Part shown: positions 30,496 to 37,442 of the stretch, piece by piece | How the letters are laid out: each line of letters opens with the position of its first letter | How positions within the stretch are numbered: position 1 is the first letter of the stretch | NCBI GenBank assembly: GCA_035628335.1 | Contig: DASPKA010000048.1 | Location: 1-37,442 of the forward strand | DNA from: Patescibacteria group bacterium | GTDB lineage: Bacteria > Patescibacteriota > Doudnabacteria > UBA920 | DNA: 37,442 nucleotides | Direction: 5' to 3' | The notes under the pieces: generated by a model | Database searches by the model: none | What the model saw: only the letters and a program-made list of their open reading frames with translations | What the model was told of the DNA's origin: nothing | Program-made: the position numbers and the translations under genes

Positions 30496-31104
30496 ATGGA
30501 GAAATACTATCCAGTATTTTTGTTTATCGCACTACTGATGCTTGCGATTGGATACCTAGCCATTCGCAAAGAAAAGCGTCGGCTAAACACCCTCGCTCGC
30601 TACCACAAACGCTTGCCAATTCTCATGGGACATGATCAGTTCTATGGAAAGTTTGACCTCCGTTCACTAGACCAAGGTCAGACATGGCTCGCTGTTCAAA
30701 CCAGCGAAGATCAGACGGTAACTGTGCTCGGGTACGCAGAGCAGATCTACCCAGGACTGCTTGCCCGTGCATTGCAGAACCGGCTGTTCGTAAACTTACC
30801 CATCGAGTTTTACGAGCAAAACTATAAACGCAGATGCGGTGGAACCGTGGGTTATGGCTCCTATAACCTAGAGTCATTCGACGGAGGAAAAACGTGGTTT
30901 GCCATCAAGTGGACCGACGACTGGCAGTGCATCTACCTCGGCGCAGCTGAAACTGTCTACCCCGGCTTACTCGCTCGACTTCAGGGCTTTGATGCTCTGA
31001 TTGAGCATGTGGAGAAGCATGGGCCAATTACTCTGGCTGGACACGGAGCTGCGAAGGACCTCCAGGTATTAACCGGCGCCGGATTCACGGTCGCGGCCAA
31101 ATAA
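30496..31104 (+). CDS. Membrane-anchored protein with two Asp-box (BNR, SxDxGxTW) repeats (202 aa)
   Basis: N-terminal TM helix. Motifs SLDQGQTW (aa 57-64) and SFDGGKTW (aa 127-134). A 70-aa internal duplication also shares (I/V)YPGLLAR. Confidence 0.7.
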   Translation: MEKYYPVFLFIALLMLAIGYLAIRKEKRRLNTLARYHKRLPILMGHDQFYGKFDLRSLDQGQTWLAVQTSEDQTVTVLGYAEQIYPGLLARALQNRLFVNLPIEFYEQNYKRRCGGTVGYGSYNLESFDGGKTWFAIKWTDDWQCIYLGAAETVYPGLLARLQGFDALIEHVEKHGPITLAGHGAAKDLQVLTGAGFTVAAK

Positions 31105-31163
31105 CTGGTACAAAACAAAAGAGCAGATGCGCTGACGCGTGTCTGATCTTTTCATTTTAGTTG

Positions 31164-31409
31164 TTAATTCCCTATTATTGAGTTGTAAAATCTTGCGCTC
31201 ATGCGCACATTGTATAAGTCAAATCTAAAACCGAATTTCCCAAATTCCCCTGTGTAGTCAACTCCCTCAGCTCTAACTTCAGGAAATTGATGCGCATAAC
31301 AGTACGCTTCGTTGCATTTACATTGGTCGCAAAATTTTACACCACAACCATCATAGTCGCATGATCTTGGTTTCCGCACCCTTCTGGTACATCTTGCACA
31401 ACTTTCCAT
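31164..31409 (-). CDS. Small Cys-rich protein (81 aa)
   Basis: Start moved to ATG 31407-31409 (SD ggaggtgaa). MESCARCTRRVRKPRSCDYDGCGVKFCDQCKCNEAYC. Confidence 0.6.
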   Translation of the reverse strand: MESCARCTRRVRKPRSCDYDGCGVKFCDQCKCNEAYCYAHQFPEVRAEGVDYTGEFGKFGFRFDLYNVRMSARFYNSIIGN

Positions 31410-31451
31410 TTCACCTCCATTCTCCAATCAGATGAGGTTATTGTAGCACAA

Positions 31452-31478
31452 CAAAAAAGGCGTCCCTGGGGGATGCCT
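31452..31478 (-). terminator. Rho-independent terminator after the 49-aa ORF
   Basis: aggcgtccc-tgg-gggatgcct. On the minus strand the stem is followed by tttttt. Confidence 0.75.
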
Positions 31479-31491
31479 CTTTCAAAATTGC

Positions 31492-31641
31492 TTAGTCATG
31501 GACTATTTTGGCGCAGACTCTACATTCGAATCTGCCTTTCCCTCTGCACCCCTCGCGGTGACACATTCGATGTGTGCGAGTTGATGGACAGTGCCAACAT
31601 TTGCCACAATCCCCTGCCAGCCAGAACGCAAACAAGATCAT
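31492..31641 (-). CDS. Small Cys-rich protein (49 aa), not in the ORF track
   Basis: Hand-found ORF: SD aaggaggg 7 nt before ATG 31639-31641; MILFAFWLAGDCGKCWHCPSTRTHRMCHREGCRGKGRFECRVCAKIVHD*. It has its own terminator and a candidate promoter (ttgcaa, 17 nt, tataag). The plus-strand track ORF 31473-31658 has no SD. Confidence 0.55.
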   Translation of the reverse strand: MILFAFWLAGDCGKCWHCPSTRTHRMCHREGCRGKGRFECRVCAKIVHD

Positions 31642-31790
31642 GGTTAAGCCCTCCTTAAGCTAAACGACTATACCTTACTTATACAATTATTAAAACCAAT
31701 TTGCAAGCAAAAAATATATCCCCATAAGCCTTGACTCCTACTGACAAATATTTTTATATAAAAATAGGACATTTAAAAAGGAGAGCTCCC

Positions 31791-32159
31791 ATGAAAGAAA
31801 AAGGTAAGGAACCTAGAGATTTTAAGCCGCTTACCATGCTTGCGGCTGGGTTAACCCTGGGCATCATAGGAATCCTTGGAGCACTTGCACGCGCAAACAG
31901 CTCTAAGCCTTATGGGGTCCTTGCACCAAATGACTTATGGCTGGTAACGCTAATAGGGTGTATATTTATTTCCCGCCCGTTAATTTTGTGTGCCACAGGC
32001 TATAGGGTATATGGCAAAGTGTTTTTTGGCTTATTAGTGATGACAATTTTTGGTATTCTTGCCCTCATAACTGGTCATCTCACCTTTGACTACGACTTCA
32101 CTGCTATCGCACTTGCAGGTGGCTTATATACAGTCTATCAAGCCAGCGAGCTAAAATAA
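31791..32159 (+). CDS. Small polytopic membrane protein (122 aa), paralog of 34451-34816
   Basis: Start moved to ATG 31791 (SD aaaaggagag). PYGVLAPNDLWLVTLIG and YGKVFFGLLVMTIFGILALITGH match PFGLLVPNDMWLVTILG and YGKVASGLVIVTLFSLFAATVGH. Confidence 0.7.
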   Translation: MKEKGKEPRDFKPLTMLAAGLTLGIIGILGALARANSSKPYGVLAPNDLWLVTLIGCIFISRPLILCATGYRVYGKVFFGLLVMTIFGILALITGHLTFDYDFTAIALAGGLYTVYQASELK

Positions 32160-32178
32160 CCTCCAAGATAAATTAATG

Positions 32179-32214
32179 GACATCTCGTCTGAAGATCGAG
32201 ATGTCTATTTTGTT
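32179..32214 (+). terminator. Rho-independent terminator
   Basis: gacatctcg (32179-32187)/cgagatgtc (32197-32205) followed by tattttgtt. Confidence 0.7.
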
Positions 32215-32262
32215 ATGGTATTTGCTAAAAAATACAATGAGCGGTAATATATACACGAACGT

Positions 32263-34389
32263 ATGAACACACAACAAATACTTAAACAATACTTTGGCCA
32301 TAGAGAATATCGCCCGGGACAAGAAGCGGTAATTAACAATGTTCTGGACAAAAAGGATACACTGGTGATTATGCCGACAGGCGGGGGGAAGTCGCTCTGT
32401 TACCAGCTTCCTGCTCTCGCGCTTCCTGGTATTACCATAGTTGTCTCGCCGCTCATCTCTCTCATGAAAGACCAGGTAGATATACTCCGGGGGTATGGCG
32501 TCTCAGCAGCTTACCTTAACAGTTCGCAGAGCTCGCAGGAAAGAAGCGAAGTTGAAGACTATGCAAGGTCAGGCAAGATTAAACTACTCTACGTAGCACC
32601 AGAACGGTTTGCTGCTGATGGGTTTGTGCATTTCCTAAACAGCCTAAATATTTCTTTATTTGCGGTTGACGAAGCCCACTGTATTTCTGAGTGGGGGCAT
32701 GAGTTTCGGCCTGAGTATAGACAACTCAAAATTTTACGCAGTTGGTTTCCCACTATTCCCATCATTGCCCTTACTGCTACAGCTACAGCTAAGGTTCGCG
32801 AGGACATAGTAAAAAACTTACATCTAAATTTCCCTCTGGTCCACATCTCCAGCTTTAACCGACCTAACCTGCTCTACCGTGTTGAACCTAAAAAGAAAAG
32901 TAAAGAAAAAATCCTTAGTCTCATTCAAAAACACAAAGATGAAAGCGTAATTATATACTCTTTCTCACGCAATGATACAGAGGACTTGGCGTTGTTTTTA
33001 AAGCATAACGGTATAACCGCAGCTGCCTACCATGGGGGCATGGAACACGAAAGACGTACCAGGGTGCAAGAACAGTTCCGCCGCGATGAAGTACAAGTTA
33101 TTGTTGCAACTATTGCTTTTGGCATGGGCATAGACAAGCCCGACGTTCGGCTTGTTATACACGAAAGCCTGCCTAAGTCTCTGGAAGGCTACTTCCAAGA
33201 AACCGGTCGTGCTGGCCGTGACGGACTGCCTGCTGAGTGTGTGTTGTTTTTCTCTGCTGGTGACGCACAAGGACACCGCTACTTCATTGACCGGTTAGCG
33301 AACGAAGGTGAGAGGCAAAATGCCTCGCAAAAGCTGCAAGAGTGCCTTGCATATGGCCATAGCGGTGTTTGTCGCAGAAAACTTCTGCTTTCATACTTCG
33401 GAGAAGCGTATGAGCCAAACAACTGCGAACTTTGCGACAATTGTCTGGAACCCAGGGAGAGCTTTGAAGCGAGCGAGCTTGCTTTGAAGGTACTCTCAGC
33501 AGTAGTGAAAACCGGACAGCGCTTTGGAGTAACCCATCTGTGTAACGTGCTTCTGGGCAAGCAGAGCGACCGCATGGAAGAGCTGGGGCATGACAAACTC
33601 ACAGTCTTTGGAATCTGTAAAGACTTGAAAGCAGAATATTTAAAAAATATCGTGCAGCAACTTGTCACAAAAAAACTACTCGCACAGACTGAAAGCGAGT
33701 ATCCTACTATATATATTACAACCGAAGGAGTTCATTTTCTGAAAAACCACACGCTCCTGCAACTGCTTGTTCCTATAACACGAAAGAAAAAACAAGATGA
33801 GGTAACAATACAAAATGAGTATGACGAAGAACTGTTTGAAAAATTACGAGCGCTGCGTAGTGAAATTGCCATTGCTCGGAATGTCCCTGCATATGTTATT
33901 TTTGGAAACAAGACTTTGGAAGAAATGGCACGCTTCTATCCACAGACGGAAAGTTCGCTTCGTAAAATTTCTGGAGTTGGGGATATGAAACTAAAAGAAT
34001 TCGGCGCAAGGTTTCTTGCGGAAATATTGTCGTACACACAAGAAAAAAACCTACCAGAAATACCATATGCAGAAACTGTGACAGTAAACTATACTGGAGC
34101 TACCCATGATCAAACCAGAGAATTAGTAACGCAAAAACTACCCCTTGAAACTATAGCCAAAACACGCGGCCTTGCATTGAACACTGTTGTATCACACATC
34201 GAAAAACTAAAATCAACCCATGCGGAGTTGGATATAGATTATCTAAAAACTGATCACACACAAGAAATAATAGAAGCTTTTAAAACACTGAACACCTTAC
34301 AACTCACACCGGTCAAAAATTTTTTTTCAGATGCGTATACCTATGAGGAGCTCCGTATAGCACGGCTATTTGTTATTACTGGAAAATAA
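32263..34389 (+). CDS. recQ: ATP-dependent DNA helicase RecQ
   Basis: YFGHREYRPGQEAVI, Walker A MPTGGGKSLCYQLPA, DEAH box AVDEAHCISEWGHEFRPEY, Zn-binding CRRK..C..CDNC, HRDC LRSEIAIARNVPAYVIFGNKTLEEMA, plus an extra C-terminal HTH-like tail. Confidence 0.95.
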   Translation: MNTQQILKQYFGHREYRPGQEAVINNVLDKKDTLVIMPTGGGKSLCYQLPALALPGITIVVSPLISLMKDQVDILRGYGVSAAYLNSSQSSQERSEVEDYARSGKIKLLYVAPERFAADGFVHFLNSLNISLFAVDEAHCISEWGHEFRPEYRQLKILRSWFPTIPIIALTATATAKVREDIVKNLHLNFPLVHISSFNRPNLLYRVEPKKKSKEKILSLIQKHKDESVIIYSFSRNDTEDLALFLKHNGITAAAYHGGMEHERRTRVQEQFRRDEVQVIVATIAFGMGIDKPDVRLVIHESLPKSLEGYFQETGRAGRDGLPAECVLFFSAGDAQGHRYFIDRLANEGERQNASQKLQECLAYGHSGVCRRKLLLSYFGEAYEPNNCELCDNCLEPRESFEASELALKVLSAVVKTGQRFGVTHLCNVLLGKQSDRMEELGHDKLTVFGICKDLKAEYLKNIVQQLVTKKLLAQTESEYPTIYITTEGVHFLKNHTLLQLLVPITRKKKQDEVTIQNEYDEELFEKLRALRSEIAIARNVPAYVIFGNKTLEEMARFYPQTESSLRKISGVGDMKLKEFGARFLAEILSYTQEKNLPEIPYAETVTVNYTGATHDQTRELVTQKLPLETIAKTRGLALNTVVSHIEKLKSTHAELDIDYLKTDHTQEIIEAFKTLNTLQLTPVKNFFSDAYTYEELRIARLFVITGK

Positions 34390-34450
34390 AAAGTTATTCA
34401 TTTGACTTTCATATAAAAAACATTTTAAAGTTAAAGTGAAAGGAGTGAAT

Positions 34451-34816
34451 ATGCGATCCAGAAGTTTGTCTGAACTGAATCCGACAGGTGTCCTTGTTAC
34501 TAGCGTGTGCGTTGGCCTCATTGTAACTCTCGTCGCCTTGTCACGAACTGGCTCACCCAATCCGTTCGGGTTATTAGTCCCCAACGACATGTGGTTGGTT
34601 ACAATCCTGGGCTGGACCGTTTTCCTAAAGTCTGTGGTTGAAGGATTACTAGGCGACCATCCATATGGAAAAGTAGCTTCGGGCTTAGTGATTGTAACCC
34701 TTTTTAGTCTCTTCGCAGCGACAGTTGGGCATGTGGCTGTGGTCTATGACCTGGCAAGCATTGCAGTACTAGGCGGGCTGAATGCCGGTTACAACTTTTA
34801 TAGCCAAGCAAGGTAG
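34451..34816 (+). CDS. Small polytopic membrane protein (121 aa), paralog of 31791-32159
   Basis: Start moved to ATG 34451 (SD aaaggag). See the paralog for shared motifs. Confidence 0.7.
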   Translation: MRSRSLSELNPTGVLVTSVCVGLIVTLVALSRTGSPNPFGLLVPNDMWLVTILGWTVFLKSVVEGLLGDHPYGKVASGLVIVTLFSLFAATVGHVAVVYDLASIAVLGGLNAGYNFYSQAR

Positions 34817-34832
34817 CGGCCTGACCAAATCT

Positions 34833-34873
34833 AAAGGGACGATGTGCATCTCTCTGCACATCGTCCCTTTTTG
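34833..34873. terminator. Strong bidirectional terminator between convergent genes
   Basis: aaagggacgatgtgca-tctctc-tgcacatcgtcccttt (16-bp stem) followed by ttgtt. Confidence 0.85.
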
Positions 34874-35332
34874 TTATGACCGAAGTGGGCTTTTTTGCAA
34901 ATCACCTTCAGTTTCAAGAATCTGAAAACCCCGTATTGCCCCAATCTCGCCAGACCGAGCGTGGATTGTGGTCTTGTGTTTGCCGTCCCACGTGGCACAC
35001 GTGGCACCTTCTGCCTGCTCGAGGATAACTGAGAGAAGAGGGACTGTTACCAATCCACTCATGGTACCAAACGCGAGGTATGGTCCAAAGTCCTTTGGAA
35101 AAACCACCATGAAATTTTTGTTGATCTTGGCATGTCTTACTCCTGCCAGGACCCTGTACTCTGCAGTCGTTGCCCAGGCTGTGACTGGGTACAGAACATT
35201 AGGCGAAATGCTCTTACATCCAGGCAGGCCAGTAGGCTCGGTGGATCTCTTAGCTTGCCTGGACCCAACCCACAACACAAAACTGACAAGCAAAACCACC
35301 AACGCAATCATGCTGATTGTCTCAATAGTCAT
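34874..35332 (-). CDS. Membrane-anchored hypothetical protein (152 aa)
   Basis: SD aaaggag. N-terminal TM helix ISMIALVVLLVSFVLWV. Confidence 0.6.
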   Translation of the reverse strand: MTIETISMIALVVLLVSFVLWVGSRQAKRSTEPTGLPGCKSISPNVLYPVTAWATTAEYRVLAGVRHAKINKNFMVVFPKDFGPYLAFGTMSGLVTVPLLSVILEQAEGATCATWDGKHKTTIHARSGEIGAIRGFQILETEGDLQKSPLRS

Positions 35333-35382
35333 ATTAATCTCCTTTCAACTGCAGTATACAATTTTTTAATCTAAAGCAACAT

Positions 35383-35419
35383 AAAAAAACAGCTTAGATT
35401 CGTTAGAGTCTAAGCTGTT
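35383..35419 (-). terminator. Rho-independent terminator-like hairpin in the leader upstream of 34874-35332
   Basis: aacagcttaga (35388-35398)/tctaagctgtt (35409-35419). On the minus strand it is followed by ttttttt. Confidence 0.6.
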
Positions 35420-35502
35420 TACGCTGTTTAAACTAATGAGGTAAGACTATAAGTTATACTGACACACTACGGACTTTGTGTATTATGTAATATTTTAATA
35501 AT

Positions 35503-35532
35503 TTGTCAATGAGACGCTATTCAGAGTATAAT
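35503..35532 (+). promoter_or_regulatory. Sigma70-type promoter for the DsbA-like gene, overlapping a divergent TTGACA on the other strand
   Basis: ttgtca (35503-35508), 18 nt, tataat (35527-35532). The reverse complement of 35504-35509 is ttgaca, with cataat/ataata 16-17 nt downstream on the minus strand. Confidence 0.6.
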
Positions 35533-35561
35533 TAAGCTAGAATATTAAATTTCAAGTATAT

Positions 35562-36266
35562 ATGGACAAAGAAAAAGTAATCATAGGGGTTATAACTGGT
35601 GTTGTAATCTTAGTAGGTGCGATCTTGTTTTTTAGTGGTAGCACTAACCCAGACCCGCTTCCTACTCCAGTTCCTAGTACTGACAAACAGGCAGTAAGAG
35701 ACTTTAGCCAAATTTTAGGCAAGAAGGATGCTAAGGTAGTGCTGGTAGAGTTTGGTGACTATCAGTGTCCTGCGTGCGCTGCTGCTCACCCTATTGTAAA
35801 ACAGCTCTTGCAAAAGTATGGTTCCTCGCCTGATTTTGCGTTTTCCTTCCGAAACTTCCCACTTTCCAACATTCACCCAAATGCTCGCAGTGCAGCATTT
35901 GCAGCTGAAGCAGCTGGCAGGCAGGGAAAGTTCTGGCAATTTCATGACTACCTATACCAGCACCAGAATGAATGGTCTACCGCAGGGTCTGTAAGCTCAT
36001 ATTATGAGAGTGTTGCTCAAGGGCTTGGCCTTAACATGGACCAATTTAGAAAAGACTCTTCTGACAGAGCGCTACAGCTAAATGTAATTACTGACATAAG
36101 TGATGGCCTGGCGTTTCAAGTAGACTCTACCCCAACCTTTGTACTTAACGGTGAAAAGATTCAGCTCCAAAACTTCAACGAGCTTGATGCAAAAATACAG
36201 GAAGCTTACGTAAAAGCAACCCTAAATACAACTCCCGGAACCTCCACGCCTGCACCACAACAATAA
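35562..36266 (+). CDS. DsbA-family thiol:disulfide oxidoreductase, membrane-anchored
   Basis: N-terminal TM helix. VLVEFGDYQCPACAAAHP (CPAC active site). Thioredoxin-fold C-terminal STPTFVLNG. Confidence 0.88.
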   Translation: MDKEKVIIGVITGVVILVGAILFFSGSTNPDPLPTPVPSTDKQAVRDFSQILGKKDAKVVLVEFGDYQCPACAAAHPIVKQLLQKYGSSPDFAFSFRNFPLSNIHPNARSAAFAAEAAGRQGKFWQFHDYLYQHQNEWSTAGSVSSYYESVAQGLGLNMDQFRKDSSDRALQLNVITDISDGLAFQVDSTPTFVLNGEKIQLQNFNELDAKIQEAYVKATLNTTPGTSTPAPQQ

Positions 36267-36276
36267 TTATCATGCA

Positions 36277-36699
36277 ATGTCAGTAGACAACCAGCTAAAA
36301 TCTCATAAGCTTAAGGTAACACCTGCAAGAACAGGTGTGCTTAAAGTGTTCATACAGAGTACGAAACCACTTTCGCTTACTGAGTTGCAAAAGTCGCTTC
36401 CTAACTTTGACCTGGTAACTTTATACCGAACTGTAGCTACGTTTACAAAGCATGGACTACTTAGGCAGCTTCTTCTGGAAGAAGGAAAGAGCAGATACGA
36501 GCTCCTAAAACCAAACACGCACCACCATCACCTTATATGTCAAACCTGCGGCAAGATAGTTGACATTTCAAAATGCAACACAACAAGTCTTGAAAAGGCA
36601 ATACTAAAACTGAGTGGGTTTGCCTCTCTTTCCCACCACTCACTTGAATACTTTGGCTTATGTAAAAAATGCGCTAAAAAAACACTAGGTACTACCTAG
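36277..36699 (+). CDS. Fur-family metal-responsive transcriptional regulator
   Basis: KVTPARTGVLKVF...LSLTELQ...DLVTLYRTVATFTKHGLL, HHHHLICQTCGKIVDI and a C-terminal CKKC. The subfamily (Fur, Zur or PerR) cannot be decided. Confidence 0.88.
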   Translation: MSVDNQLKSHKLKVTPARTGVLKVFIQSTKPLSLTELQKSLPNFDLVTLYRTVATFTKHGLLRQLLLEEGKSRYELLKPNTHHHHLICQTCGKIVDISKCNTTSLEKAILKLSGFASLSHHSLEYFGLCKKCAKKTLGTT

Positions 36700-36708
36700 T
36701 GTTTTTTT
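36676..36708. terminator. Bidirectional terminator overlapping both convergent stop codons
   Basis: aaaaa-aacactagg-tacta-cctagtgtt-ttttt. Confidence 0.75.
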
Positions 36709-37027
36709 AGTACCACTGCATGTTCCACCGCTCCCAAGGTGACATAAATGGTGACTGATGTTCTACGTGGGTCGTCCGAGCAGGACACTCAAACCGCTCT
36801 CCTGCATTGGGGTCAAATGACACCCCCTGAGGAGGAATAGGTCTATAGAAGTTGTCTGCACTTTCGTCTATTGCTTCATTAAAGTTTACTGGCAGCCTAC
36901 TTTCACAGTTAAACATACAAATCCAGCCCTGTTCTTCCTGGCTTGGCAGGATTTGCGCCAAAGTTATAGTAGGAACTAACAATAACGGCAATAAAAACAC
37001 AGGTAAATATAATTTAAATTTACTCAT
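36707..37027 (-). CDS. Small secreted Cys-containing protein (106 aa)
   Basis: SD aaggaga. Signal peptide MSKFKLYLPVFLLPLLLVPTITLA. Confidence 0.6.
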   Translation of the reverse strand: MSKFKLYLPVFLLPLLLVPTITLAQILPSQEEQGWICMFNCESRLPVNFNEAIDESADNFYRPIPPQGVSFDPNAGERFECPARTTHVEHQSPFMSPWERWNMQWY

Positions 37028-37442
37028 ATACGTTATTCTCCTTGTATCTCACAAGTTATCATTAACAGATGAAGAATATTTAAACTTCCTTCATCTGAAA
37101 AGTATACAATAAAAGTGTATCCCGCAGCGAATCCCCGATGCTGTATCGGGGTAAGGGGAGTCCGCGTAGGGGTAAGAATGTGGAGTGGACAAAATGTGTT
37201 CTACTCTGGTCTCCGGAGGCAAATATATTGGAGGAAATATGCAATGGCTGAATAAACTACCAATCGACATTATTCGCACAGAGGCTCTAAGTAACGGTGG
37301 CAGCATCCTGACAACGTTTGCATTAGAGTTCTGTAAACTGCAGTGGATAGCAGTGTATCTGTTATGGGCAATAGAAAACTTGCCTATGTACCGTACACTA
37401 TTTATACGCAAACGGCGAGAACTTGTCTATGCCCTTGGCGGG

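Noticed and set aside
27735-32262. Direct repeat of the tRNA-His 3' end marking an island boundary.
   Set aside because: Scanning by eye found only 7-nt partial matches (for example cgggcac at about 28941). There is no integrase. A computational search would be needed.
37050-37073. Fur-box-like sequence (ctgttaatgataact on the minus strand) in the promoter region of 36707-37027, next to the Fur-family gene.
   Set aside because: Only about 10 of 15 positions match the 7-1-7 TGATAATNATTATCA consensus, which is too weak to call without a PWM scan.
37205-37220. B12-box-like GGAGACC (minus strand), suggesting a cobalamin riboswitch.
   Set aside because: Only 7 nt match. The other conserved cobalamin-riboswitch elements (GGGAA, GGUGAAAUCC-type, GCCACUG) are absent.
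37390-37425. Group II intron domain V-like sequence on the minus strand (cgccguuugcg...uguacggua).
   Set aside because: The helix is poor, the loop is not GNRA, and I found no 5' GUGYG or domain VI.

Overview
This 37.4-kb bacterial window is AT-leaning and gene-dense, with short intergenic regions, many strong hairpin terminators and several textbook sigma70-type promoters. The gene content suggests an uncultivated small-genome lineage such as CPR/Patescibacteria: hrcA-grpE with a perfect CIRCE operator, a giant membrane-anchored alpha-2-macroglobulin, DUF11-like surface proteins and many small secreted or membrane proteins. That placement is inference only.

Confident housekeeping calls:
- grpE, hrcA and CIRCE
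- a cytoplasmic PAS histidine kinase with an OmpR-type response regulator
- a GAF-PAS-GGDEF-EAL protein
- a CorC/CNNM-type transporter
- alanine racemase
- tRNA-His(GTG)
- RecQ
- a DsbA-like oxidoreductase
- a Fur-family regulator

Most interesting signals:
1. A complete intein-like Hint domain lacks a +1 nucleophile. It is inserted roughly where the bait region of a thioester (GCVEQ) alpha-2-macroglobulin should lie.
2. A ~70-nt GC-rich repeat occurs three times in the first 4.4 kb. It shows compensatory base changes in two hairpins. Each copy is flanked by long imperfect direct duplications of its target, including 28 codons of the grpE 3' end and half of the CIRCE operator.
3. Three genes (8782-13385) encode paralogous secreted proteins built from a shared Asn/Gly-rich repeat.
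4. An accessory-looking stretch lies between tRNA-His and recQ. It holds single-gene transcription units, small Cys-rich proteins (one absent from the ORF track) and a 15-nt box conserved perfectly at the 5' ends of two neighbouring transcripts.

No CRISPR array, rRNA, transposase or integrase was seen. All coordinates for non-ORF features were counted by hand. GC-content remarks are by eye, not computed.
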